Positions 11,438 through 23,872 of a DNA stretch of 64,000 bases are shown piece after piece. Location: positions 164,521 to 228,520 of the forward strand of contig NW_005434565.1 in the NCBI RefSeq assembly GCF_000315625.1, given 5' to 3'. The notes beneath the pieces are model-generated. The model worked only from the letters and a program-made list of their open reading frames with translations. It was not told where the DNA came from and did no database searches. Both the position numbers and the translations under genes were made by a program. The stretch's first letter is position 1; every line of letters starts with the position of its first letter. Origin of the DNA: Guillardia theta CCMP2712. Taxonomy: Eukaryota; Protista; Cryptophyta.

Positions 11438-14400
11438 TTACTGAGGTGAAAAGGCTGACCGGCCATGGGCTGCGCAGGTCCCTGCGAATGCGGAAGAGAG
11501 AGATGCCGATGTTGCGGATGAGGGAGAGGAGGGCGCGCCGGAGACCACTGCAAGAGAGAGGGGAGAGTCAGTGAGCCACTGGTGGAAAACAAACAGGAAG
11601 AGGAGCCGTGGAGTAGATGCAAGAATCTGAGGAGGGGGGGAGGGAGGGAGGGAGGGAGAGAAGGGAGGAAGGGAAGGGAGAGAAGGGAGGAAGGGAAGGG
11701 AGAGAAGGGAGGAAGGGAGGGGGGGGGAGAGAAGGGAGGAGAGACCTGGCCTCGACCAAGAGACTTTCACAGTTGTCTCGCTCCACATGCTGCATCCGCT
11801 CGCAGTGCCGGCAGTGTTGGTTTGACTTTCCCCCCATGGAGCTCACCATGTTCCCTCCTTGACGAGCGGCAGCGAAATCTGTTGGCAGATCCTGCATATC
11901 CACCACCACGTGCTCACCCAGCTCTCTCCCTGCTCCCTCAGACGTGGACGCGGCAGGCACCGGCTTGCGAGAGGCCTGCTTGAGCCTCATCGTGGCCTGA
12001 AGCATCTGATCTCTCAGGAGCTCGTTCTCCTCCTGCAGCTCCGTGATCCGCATATTCGCTTCCTGCAGGTGATTCAACATCTTGACGTCCGGCCTGACGC
12101 TGCGCTCCTGCCGCCTCCTCTCCTCCTGCGACTGAACTTGCCGCGTGTTCGGCACAGCTGCGCGTGCCAGTCAAACAGGCAGACGAAAGTCAAGAGCTGG
12201 GAGGAGATGGAGAAGAGGCATAGAGGGGTGTGAGGGACCATGGGAGCGAGCAGAGGAGGGGAAGGTTAGCTGACCTGGATCTTCTCGTTTGGGCTTTCTC
12301 TTGAGGAGCTGAAGGAGGGGCAAGAACGGAGCGACTGATCCCTGGACGGAGAACATGGCAAGATGTGTGTGGAACTTCATCTGCAGGTACAACAATGAGA
12401 ATAAAGGAGAAGGGGAGGGGAGCGTCATCAGAGTGGTGAGAAAAAGAAAGAAGAGGGCGGAGGGAGGAGAGAGGAAGGAAGAGGAGGAGGAGAGGGAGAT
12501 GGTGGAGGAGGATAGAAAAGAGGAAGGGATGAGATAGGGAGCTGGTCGAGGGGAGCAAGGGAGGAGGAACTTGCCTGACGGTGCATGAAATCCTTCAAAA
12601 ACTTCAACGACCTCCTTACCCGACCCCCCTTTGAGCTGGAGCGCGCAGCTGTCCCACCTGCTCGACTTGACTCGTTGTCCTCCCCCTCAGCTCCCAAGAC
12701 TGTCCAGTCGAGGAAGAGGGAGAACTTCTCCGGTTGCGAGGGAACGGCGAGCTCCCCGGGGCACTCCAGCGAGAATGAGGGGCTCTTGATGGAGCAGAGG
12801 CCGGAGGCAAACTGCATTCGCACCTCCTCGGCGCTCGCAGAGAAGAAAAATCTCAAGGAGGCAAGAGAGTAGTGTACCTGCTCCTGCTCAGGAGCACCGC
12901 TGAGTGCACCTAGGGCCGGAGGGACAGGAGCAGGAGCGGACGGGCCGGCGTGCGCGTTCTGTGGGGCGCGTGCGCTCTTGGACAGGAAGGCCTGGGAGAG
13001 GGAGAGGCTGTTCTTCACCTGCTCCACCCTCATGACGGAGGAGAGGATCCAAGTGAGGCAGTTGAGCTCCTCGATGCTCATCTTCATCCTCATGTCCTTC
13101 ATGTTGGCTTCCAGGCGGAGGCTTCCAAGGTCCATCGAGTCCTGCACGCGAGCGAGGCCCGTCCCCGACTCGAAAACTCCGTTCATCTCCATCGACAGCT
13201 CCTGCTGCACGAAACTTTGGAGGAGGAGCAACGCCCCCGTCCTCTGTTCCCTTGAGAGCAGGTTCATTTGCAGACCCTGCAAGCGGCCGAAGAAGAAGGT
13301 GGGAGGAGCGGGAGCAGGAGGAGCAGGAGGAGCGGGAGGCGGCGGCTGGGAAGCTGGATTCTGCTGCTCGCTGGTCCTCTCAATGTTCTGAATGATGAAA
13401 TTGTCGAAGGACATCATAAGTGCTGGGATGAATTTCATCTCTAGATCCTCTCTGCTGTGATCGGGATACACGGCAAGCGACACGCCCTTGATGTGCAGAT
13501 CCAGGTAAACTTCTCGCAACACCGCCGGCCGCGGAGGAGGAGGGGGAGGAGAGGAATAAGGAGCAGCCATTCCACTGCTATGTAAGTTGTCATCCTTGGA
13601 GAAGTAGCTTCGGATGTTATGAGCGATGCTGTTAGACCTCTCGTACAAGATCAGCTTGCAGAACTTGTGAATGTTGTCGAGAGCATGAGGGGAGACACGA
13701 GCATTCAGAGGTTGCATGTGTAGCTTCAGCCAGATGCCATCCTCAGATGGGCTGTCTGCGGATCTGAACGAGTTTGGATCGAATCTCTCCTGCTTCCCCC
13801 TGTCTCTCTCCAAGCTCGGCATCGTCGACTTCTTGGAGAAGGTGAAGGCGGCAAGGATGCAAGAGCTGTCATCGTGCTTCCAGCCGTCCTGCGAGGACTG
13901 CGAGATGGAAAGCTCCACGTCCTCTCCCCTTGCCCTCCGCATGAGAGTGCTGGCGAGCGCAGACCCGTTGCTGCTCATGAGCTCGTCGAACAGGGAGGCA
14001 GACGGCAGGCTCGAGCCGTTAGCTCGATCCCCCTCCCTGGAGAGAGGGCTGCGGAATGTTCGCTGAAGCTCCTCGGACAGCTCCTCGTTGTCAACCTCAA
14101 TGTCCCCTTCCTCCACATACTTTGTCTTCCGTGGGCCCTTGAGGGAACTGCACCTGAACCGGCTGGGAAAGAGAGCGGCCGGGGTGTGGAACTCCTGCAG
14201 ATTCTCCGGCAGGTCCGACCAAATGTGCTGGCTCCCCTCCACCTCCTTCCCGCTCATGGTAGCTTGCTTGCTGGGCCTCGAGCTCGGCCGGAAGATGGCT
14301 GAGCTCAGGTCCCTTCCAAACTGCACGATCGGCTCCCACCTGTTCTCCATGGACGTTGCGCTGAGGAGGAGGGAGACGACTGAAAGCCGAAAGTCCTTGA

Positions 14401-15760
14401 CAAACCGCCGAGCAATCATCCGGGAGGACAGGAAGGAATCACACCGTTGCTGCCTGATCAGCATCGTGATCCCCGACGAGCAAAGACGAAGGAAGTCAGC
14501 CCTGCCCTCCGGGACGTTCCGGGAGAGTACGACGCCGATCTTTCCTACGGTGAAGCCGATGATGCTGGCAACAGCTACTCTTGGAGGGCTTGAGCTGGGG
14601 TCCCCGACCCCGTCCTCTCCTTCGCATCCTTCCGGGTCGTCCTCACTGTCGTACGAATCCCCGAACGAGAAAATGCTCGAAGCATAACCAAACCAGCCCC
14701 TCTTCCCGCTCGGCTGTGACAGAGCCTCCACAGTCATGTCACCCTGCCCCTTCCCCTGCTCAATCCGACCTTCCTCTTGTTCATCGCTGAGTGCCGCAGG
14801 AGCTCGTCGCTCCGCTCCCTCCTCGGCCTGGGAGACTGCTGCATGCACATGTGGGTTTACAGGAGTCTTCTTGCCATGCATGGCATCTTCGCCCATCTTG
14901 ACTCTTTTCTTCTCCTTGTGGATCGCCGTGACCATCGAGATAACCTCGTGGAACAGCATGCACAACATCGCCACCTTGCTGTCGCAGACATTCAGCAGAA
15001 ACTGCTCTAACCTGATATCCACTTGTAACGATGGAAGGTGCAGCGGCGAGCTCCTGGTCGGGCTGCCATCGGGGTTGATCCGATGGACGATCCGGACTTG
15101 GACGCTCTCTCGATTGAAGAGAGGATCACCGTAAACCACGTTTCCTCTCTCGTCGACAGCATCCAAACACCAAGTGGCGTGCTCGAGATTGATCACCTTG
15201 AAGTAGGATTGGGTCTCGCCGTCGGGGTCCGCAAACGCGGGCTGCCACCGCATGTTGGTGGACTTCACCGACAGAGACTTCCACGAGATGGACGACACGT
15301 ACTCGTCTGTGCAGTATTTGAACACGAGGTTCCGGATGTCCACATTGATGTTCTGCATGATGCGCGACAGCATTGATTGCATCCAGCCCTGGCTCTCTGG
15401 TCCTTCACACTGGTCGGTGGACTTGGTCTTCGAGGGATCCAGCTTCGGGGACTTCTGAGGTGATCGGGAGACACTGACAGGGCCTGTTGGCGTTCTTGCG
15501 ACAACCTCAACATTGGATAATGTGAACTTGATGTTGTCGCGCAGGAGACTGGCGAGAGGAAGGTAAACCCGCAGCTCTTGGATGAAACCTCTCGTGAACA
15601 CAACTGGGAGGCCCAGCTCCTCTTGCAAGACATCTAATCGCAGCTCAACATTCTTGAAGATAACTTCTCCTTGCCAGATCGCTGCTTGCTCCGTCGTCAC
15701 GTTCTTGAGCCATTTCTGCAGGTACCTGTTTATGATGCTTTGGACAATCGAGGCTGCCAT
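11438..15760 (-). CDS. Chorein-N (VPS13/BLTP superfamily) lipid-transfer protein, short form with C-terminal coiled coil (3' end approximate)
   Basis: The N-terminus MAASIVQSIINRYLQKWLKNV..IWQGEVIFKNVELRLDVLQEELGLPVVFTRGFIQELRVYLP and SRIMQNINVDIRNLVFKY are chorein-N hallmarks. Large exon 15760-12575, then exons ~12380-12275 and ~12157-11746 (coiled coil HLQEANMRITELQEENELLRDQM). Confidence 0.85.
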
Positions 15761-17766
15761 CGTGATGCGGGAAGCCTAAGAAATCTTCTCCTTGGTGAGC
15801 TGATAAGGGAACTCGGTTCTGAGACTTCTCCGGGATTCAGTTTGCTGATCACATCCTGTCTGAAGACCAAACCATCCGCCCTGTCAACCTTTGCTGGGAT
15901 CACACAAGGAGTTGCGATCGTAAGTCCCGTCCGGCTTCAGCGTCCGCATGAAGGGCGCCTCACAGCAGCTTTGCCAGGTATAGAAACTGGTCTAAGGATT
16001 CTCGCGATTGCACATGGACGATCCCATGGCACAACGGCTATCCATGTACCTGAAGGACAAAGTTAGAGACAAGCGTTCCTCCCTGCATGATTTCTGCAAA
16101 GCAAGCTTCCTAATCATTACACGCCATCATTCGGTGGATTTCTGCTCATCATTTTTCTTCTACAACAAATGTTCTCGTATCTCCCCTTCAAACTTCTTTC
16201 TGTCGACATGTTCATCCTCATTGTTTGCTGTTTCGCTTCGTCCTCCTCTGCATCCTCGTCCTCGCCTCGCCTTCGCCCTCTGCTCTGTCGCTCCTCTCTC
16301 CGCCGCCATGTTGCGTAACACCATTCCACCAACCTACCCTACCCACCTCAATACACCCCACCCCCTTTATTACCCCACCCCTCCCTTTTGAAATTCTTTG
16401 TGTCACCCCGTACTTTATCCTACATACTACCCCCAAAAATGTCGATGGGTACAACCCCACCCCCTTGATTCGTCTACCACCCTGTCTTGAAGTCCTTGCA
16501 CAATGTTCACCAGAGAACAAAGTAGGACCCTCATCCATTCCCCACCTAGACAACCCTACCCCCCTACCCCCTAAACACCAGTGAAAAGTGCCCATAAGTG
16601 CGATCTCAACTTTCTACCCCTACCCCCTACTTAGATGACCCCCACCTCTACACCGCACAAAAGCACCCCTATCTGCTAAGATATTTTTCTGGGTCCCTTC
16701 CTTGTCCTGTTTTCACCCACCCCATTGCTCACTACCCTACCCACATAGAAAACAACGAAAAAGTGTGTTGTCTAGGGAGACCACCCCATCAAAAATAACC
16801 CCACCCATGTGGATTTCGTTGAATGAGGTGGTTTGGCACTTGATTAAAATTTTTCATATGAATATTTGATGAGTGAAATAAAATTAGAAAAGTTGGGTAG
16901 GGGGTACTCAATTACCATAAGAAGCACTACATAAATATGTTTAAATGAGGGGTGTAGCTCGAGTCGAAATGGTTGAGTGGGGGTGGGTCAGATCATTTCA
17001 TGGGGTATGGGGTGATCGCTGAATTGCGGAAATAGACAAAACAGAGAACGACACTTCCGAAAGGGGTCTTGGCGAAGCAAGATTATCGAGTTAGGACAAA
17101 CATTTATCTATCAAAATCAACATTAAACCTGAAATTTGATTATTTGAAAACAAATGAGGAAAAAGGGTGAAATTCGAGAAGGGCGGGAACAGTGAGCGGC
17201 ATTGAGCGAAATTCAAGGGAAATGGGTTTGGGTGCAGGAGGAAGGAAAAGCGAACTGCGAGGATGGTGATGTAAGAGTGAGAAAGGCCGTAGAACGATGA
17301 GTTTTCATTGCCTTGGGCTTGTGATGTACTGTTGTCGCACACGATGCGCGATCGGGAATACTAGTTCAATCATGGCATGCTGGTAGCTAGCGAACGGAAA
17401 GTATGCGAGAATTCAGGATGGATCGGATTGCTCTGGTTTTGACGACCAGAAGCGAGGAAATTCCTATGGTTCAAATCACGAAATGACATGTCGAGCAAAA
17501 TATCTTGTCCAGAGCTGAAGCTGAGACTAGCATATCAGAAGCAAGGATTTAGATAGATGAAAACCTTCTGACTGTATTTTGGCAGAGAGTCTGAAGTCTG
17601 ACTATTTCAACAGGAGAACTTGATCATATCTGGTTTGGCTCACAAACATACCCTGCTGCACAACATGGGTCTCTAGCATATGCTTTCGTGTACTGGAAGG
17701 CGAGACTGCATAGAAAGAGACAAAACGCACCTCGACGATTCGAGGTTGCACAAAGGTACAGACGAG

Positions 17767-18991
17767 ATGGGCGTCCAAGAATCGCCAACAGAATTTCAGC
17801 TTGTCATCACATCTTGTACATCTGAGACTGTTCAGGGCAGTGAGGGCAGTTACACTGCATACTGCTTGAGATGTGTCTTGGTGGGTTTGGGGGGCAAAGA
17901 GAGGAAATCGTGGGAAGTGAGAAGGAGGTACAGTGAGTTCCATGACCTGCATACGAGGATGAAGGCGCTTGGAAAGGTTGGTCCCATGTTGCTTTGCTCG
18001 TGATCAAGGTCAACCCAACCTCTTTTCCAGGTTCATGCAGAACTACCTTCCAAGAATCCGCTGATCAAGATGGCAATGGTTTGTGGCCTTGGATGTTTGT
18101 GATGACGATTGATGGTGAAAACAGTTGCGGAAGGAGATTGAAAGAGATCGAGAGACAGGATTGCAAGATTACCTCAACTGCGTCTTGGAGAAATGTAACG
18201 ATGATCAGTAAGTCTTGTGGTCACCGGGGCCGGGAGCTGACTTCTTGAAACAGATGCCTCCTCCTGTCCAAATTCTTACATGTAAACAAGCACCTTGCAT
18301 CCGGAATGGTTGGAAGCCTCAGAAACTCTGTTAGATCCCTCCCGCATCTGGAGTCTGCGCCGACCAAGTCAGAAAAGCAGCATGCCGTGAAGGCTAATGA
18401 ACAGTCGTCGAATCCAGACCTTCCTCGGGAAGGAAACCTAGGAAGCGTGACTTACAACCAACAGCTACAATTGCTGGATGACTTGAAGCAAAGAAACAAC
18501 TCATCATCGGGAAGAGAAGCCGTTCACACCGCATCACACCGATCACAACATAACGAACAGCAGGACGTGCCTCCATCGAATAAGCAGCATCTCTCAGCGC
18601 AGCAGCAGAAGAAGGCGTCTTCAGTTCATGCTTCTGACCCCAAAGAGCAAGCCAAAGCAGGAGTCGGTTTGTTCTTCATCCAGAACGACGCAAATATGAG
18701 CGAAGTTGATGAAATTATCCAAGGCAGCTCAGCCAGTGCGGAAGGAACGATTCAGGTTGGCGACATCCTGCTGGCAGTTGACGGCGTTAGTGTGGCTGGG
18801 AAGGATCTTTGTCAAGCGAGAGATTTGATCGTCGGGCCTCCGGACTCATTCGTCAGCCTGAAATTTGCAAGAACAGAACAGAGGTCAGATGGGCAAAGGT
18901 GAAATCCATCTCCTCATCTCTGCATTCCTCTTCAGTTCTTCCCGTGTCTGTTGACTTCTGCTTCTCCTTTTCACTTCTCTTCCGATTTCCT

Positions 18992-19045
<54 letters not shown>

Positions 19046-20508
19046 CCTCCCTCTCCCTCCCTCTCCCTCTCCCTCTCCCTCTCTCTCTCTCCATCTCTCA
19101 CTCTCTATGTTTTTTTGTTCAATCTCACGACAAGACGCAGCGTGTCGAAGGAGTATACGGTTAGATTGAAACGAGCACTGAAGAGGTCGAAAGTGGACAG
19201 CAGCTCGATGCCGGACATGCAAGATTCAGGCTCTATGGAGCAAAGGACCGCCTCTCGCAACAATTCAACCGTCTCTTCGGATGGCACCAAGGCTCTGATG
19301 CAGAAGGCGGCGCCTCGTCCGGAGGCGAAGGGACCGGGACAGGGGGAGACGACGAGCAGGGCAAAGTTCGAACAGCAGGAATCCTTCACACGGCTGAATC
19401 AGGAGGCGTCGGATCAGTCCATGTCAAGATCGATAGTCAGCAGAGAGGCGTCGGAGAACTGGTCGACCGTCCGTGCCATCTGCGCGTTTGACGCCCAAAG
19501 ACCGCACGAGCTGTCGCTCAAGGTTGTTAGACGAGAGAGGGAGCGAGGGCGACGTTGAGCTGACCCTCTGGCAGGTCGGCGAGTTCGTCGTCATCCTCAG
19601 GAAGCATCCGAGCGGCTGGTGGGAGGGCTGCTCGACCAGGGATGGGCGGAGGGGCTGGATCCCCTCCAACCATGTGGAGGAGATCGATGCTCAGGTGAGA
19701 GAACTGCTGTTGTCCCGAGCTGTGCTCTGACGCCATGGAAGGGGATCGTGTTGGAGCAGGCGCTCCGTGCGACTGTGCAGAGCATGATGGGAGGGGAAGG
19801 GACGAGTCAGGCGAACGAGTTCCTTGCACAGCTCGCCCCTCGGCTCTCGCAGGGTAAACTGAAGTTGGACATCTGTGCGGAGTAGTCGGACTGACCTGGT
19901 TCTTGTCAACAGGCAGCACGTTCAGCTCGCAGTCGCTGTCACTGAGAGAAACTGTGATGGCAAACCTGTCGACTGTCTCTGCAGGTAGAAGCCTTCCTAG
20001 CCCACTTGTACCCCTAGCTCACTTGCTCTCAGACTCAGAGGCCGTGCGGGAAGGAGCCGCGAATCTCCCGTCCAACGTCGCTGACTTCACGGTAGAGCAT
20101 GTATGTGCATGGTTGGAAGGTAAGAGATCGCACTACGTCCCTCCCCCTCATGGCTTCATCTCCGTCTCTCCCTCCCTTCGCTCCTCTCCCTCCCCTTCCT
20201 GTCTCCTCTCCCTCCCCTTCCTGTCTCCTTTCCTGCTTCTCCTTCTCGCGCTCACTCACAGCAGGCATGGACCTCGGAGAGTACGCGGATGTCTTTCGGA
20301 CCAACAAGATCGACGGGGACCTGCTGGCAGAGCTCGAGGAAAGGGATCTCCTAGAGGTAAGCAGGGGTAGGAGGAGGGGCAGGGAGGGGGGAAGGACAGG
20401 GAGTGAGGGAAACGAGCGATGGGAGAGTTGAATCTTTGAAAACAGGACTTCGGGATCACGAACAAATATCATCGGAAAAAGATCATGAAGAGATTGCAAG
20501 GACATTGA
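17767..20508 (+). CDS. PX-PDZ-SH3-SAM multidomain adaptor protein (start 17680 or 17767)
   Basis: PX: YTAYCL..WEVRRRYSEFHDLH..ELPSK..RETGLQDYL. PDZ: GVGLFF..GSSASAEGTIQVGDILLAVDG. SH3: RAICAFDAQRPHELSLK/VGEFVVIL..SGWWEG..RGWIPSNHVE. SAM: FTVEHVCAWLE/GMDLGEYADVFRTNKIDGDLL..DFGITNKYHRKKIMK. Confidence 0.88.
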
Positions 20509-20802
20509 TGGGAAGGAGAGGGAGTTTGTATTGTAAGGACCTGTTTGTATTCATTCGTTTCATCCTTTAAGCTCATCCGGGTACAAGAGATGATTGTAAT
20601 TGATTAGTTATCACACGATGCAATGTGGCCTGCTGGTATCGATCCTGCATGTCGATCTCAGAAAATAACACGCTGACTTGCATCTTGTGTTCAAGAGTTC
20701 TGTCGCCTTGTTAACATCATCGGCTCCTCCTCCTCCTCCTCCTCCTCCTCCTCCTCCTCCTCCTCCGCCCCTTCTCCGTTTGAGTCCGCGTTCTCGCTCT
20801 AG

Positions 20803-23119
20803 CTATTCAGCGCCTTCCCCAAGTCGACGGAAAGTCTTGCGACGCGATGAAATTCGTTCTTCTTGATTGCTGACTGCAAGCATGCGAAAAACATCAGCCT
20901 CCTCCTCTTTTGTTCCTCCCTTTCTCCACCGGAAACCTCCTCGATCTTCCTCCCTCTTCTCCCTCCCTCCTCTGCCTCCTCCTCCTCCCTCCCTCCCTCC
21001 CTCCTCTCCTCTCCTCTCCCTCATCCTCCTGCTCCTCCTCCCCAAACTCAGTCCCTGATCTCCACCGGCATCGAGATCTACTCTCTCACTCACCGAGATT
21101 TCCTTGGAGAACAAGTCGGTGATGGACATGGAACGGTTGGGGGAGGTCGGCGGTACGGGGGCTGATGATGGTGAAGGAAAGTTAGGATGAGAAGAGACGA
21201 GGGCAGCGGAGGGAAAGAACGAGAGCATGACGGAAGGTGGAGGAAGCAGGCACAAATATTGAAGTGGAGAGGGAGAGTGGAAGGAGCAGGAGCAGCAAGA
21301 GGAGGAGGAGGAGCAGCAGCAGCAGCAGCAACAGCCAGAGGAGGAGGAGGAGGAGGAGGAGGAAGTATTGGGATAAACCAGGCGGAAAACTCTCACCAGC
21401 TGCCTTGGTGCGAGGCTTGGTGAACATGCTGTTTGAATCTACCGGGGAAAGCAGATCAGATGGAGGGGGAGGAAAGAAGAGCTGATGTGGAGGAGGAGCG
21501 CGAGGAGGAGAGCGAGGAATAGAGCGAGGAAGAAGACGAGGAGGGAGCTGAGGAGTTGAGGAGTTGAGGAAGAGGATCTGAATGCGGAAGAGAAGAGAAG
21601 ATGTTTTTTGCTCACCTAATATCGGATTGCTCATGGAAGACAAGATGACTCGGGAGCTGAAAAGAATGTAAGGAGAGAAGCAAACCAGCGGAAGAGGAGA
21701 GGGAGGGAGGGAGGGAGGGAGGGAGGGAGGGAGGGAGGGATCACCCGTTTGTTGTCGCTCTTTCTTCATGGCTTGGCATATGCTTCATCACCTCAGACGG
21801 TGCTCTCCTCCTCCTCCTCGCAGCCGGGACGCTCTCCTCCTCCGATCCCTCCCTCCTCTTTGCGGCGTCTAAGGAGGTCAGGGAGGATGCGTCGAGGCGC
21901 TGCTGGCTGCTCTTGTACTGGTCGGAGACGCTGCGGTGAAGCTCGAACGGCTTGTGGTGGCTGACGAGCGGGGAGGGAGACGATCTCGGGATACTGTTGA
22001 GCTGCAGCCCAGCAGCTTTCTGCTCGCTCAAGTAATTCTCAGCTGACTTGATACCGTTGGAGCCCTGGGGAGAGTCAGAGCGAGGAAGAGCCGCAAGTGA
22101 GGAGGGAGGGGAGGAGGAGGGGGAGGAAAGAAGGATGGAAGCAGGAGGAGGAGGAGGAGGAGGAGGAGGAGGAGAGAAGAATGAAGAAGGAAAAGGAGGA
22201 GGAGGGAGGAGATACATTCTGGTAGCGAGAGAGGTTTAGGATCATGTGCTGGAGCTCCTGCAGCTGCAGCAGGATAGCCTCATCCTTTCCCTCTGCTCTA
22301 GCGGAGGAGGCAGGAGCAGGAGCAGGAGCAGGAGCGGCCGGCGGGGCAGGAGGAGGAGGAAGGGGTGTGAAGGGAGCGTTGAAGAATTGCTGCGGCGTCA
22401 TGGACATGAAGGCAGCGAGCGTCCCCTCGATGCTTGCGATGCTCTTCTCCACTTTGTCGACGACGAAGGAGATGTCGGAGGGAGGAGGAGGGGGGGGGAA
22501 GGAGGAGGAGGAGAAGATCGCGCTGCCTGCGCTGTGATTCCTCTTCAGCAGCACCTCCATCCTCTCCATCCTCTCGTCCATCGCCTTGGTCCTGTCCTCC
22601 ATACCAGCCATGCAGACTTCCAGCAGTTTGAGCATCAAGATGATCGCCTGTTCACAACGTCATCTTCCTCCTCCTCCTCCTCCTCCTCCTCCTCCTCCTC
22701 TTCTTCTTCCTCCTACTCCTCCTCCTCCTCCTCCTCCTCCTCCTCCTCCTCCTCCTCCTCCCTCCCTCCTCCCCCCCCAGCCCTAAACCCCCCCATCGTA
22801 CTTTCCATATTCGTTTCTCCTTGCTCTCCTTTCCTCTCCTTCCCCTCGTTACCACGGCTTCCTCCTTCCACGCTCCCTCCCCTTCCTCCTCCTCTACCTT
22901 GTTGTCCGCGTCGCCAGTCTCGGTCATGCAGAACGTGAGCTGCCGCTGGGAGTATCGCAACAGCTCCTTGATCATCATTTCCTCGAACTGCTTGTCGTCA
23001 AACTCTCCCTGCTCGTTCAGCAGCTGCCCGCCCATGGTCATCAGGTCGAAGTCGTCTTTGATCAGGTAGATCGGATGGTCCGTCGGCAGCAACCGGCTGG
23101 CAAGATGTGAGACTTGACT

Positions 23120-23194
<75 letters not shown>

Positions 23195-23197
23195 TCT

Positions 23198-23259
<62 letters not shown>

Positions 23260-23840
23260 TGACTTTCCTTCCTTCCTCCTACTCCCTACTCCTGCTCCTC
23301 CTTGTCTTTCCTTTCTCCTCCTGCTCCTGCTCCGCTCCTGCTGCTCCAGCTCCACTTTCCTTTCTCCTCCTGCTCCTCCCCCTCCTTCCTCCGCCAACTC
23401 CCCACAATTTCCCCATCCTTGCTGACCCTCATCATCGCCACTTGTTCGTTTCCTCTCCTTGTCCTCTCCCCTCATCTCCAACTTCCCCGCTCGAACTTTT
23501 ACCTCGTTTCAATCATCGTCCCCCTTGTACCTCCTTGTACCTCTTGCTACCTCCTCCCTCCCCTCGCTGCTTCCTTTGCGTTCTTCGCCCTCGTTCCACT
23601 CTACTTCTTCCTTCTACCTATCCTTCCCCTCCCAAGCTGCGGCTCCCTTCTCGACACTTCCAGTCCTGCTGCTGCTGCTGCTGCTGCTGCTGTCAACTTA
23701 CATTCGTTCCTTGAGCTCCGAGTAGTTCAGACCGCCACTCTTGTCCTCGTCCATTTTCTGCCCATTGAGTGAGGACGAGAGAGGGATGGGAGGACAAGGA
23801 CGAGGAGAAATGAAGAGGAGGGAGAGGAGCAGGAGCAGGA

Positions 23841-23872
<32 letters not shown>

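Noticed and set aside
16300-17020. Telomere-like or interstitial telomeric repeats
   Set aside because: The ACCCC/GGGGT motifs are dispersed and irregular, not tandem telomeric units.
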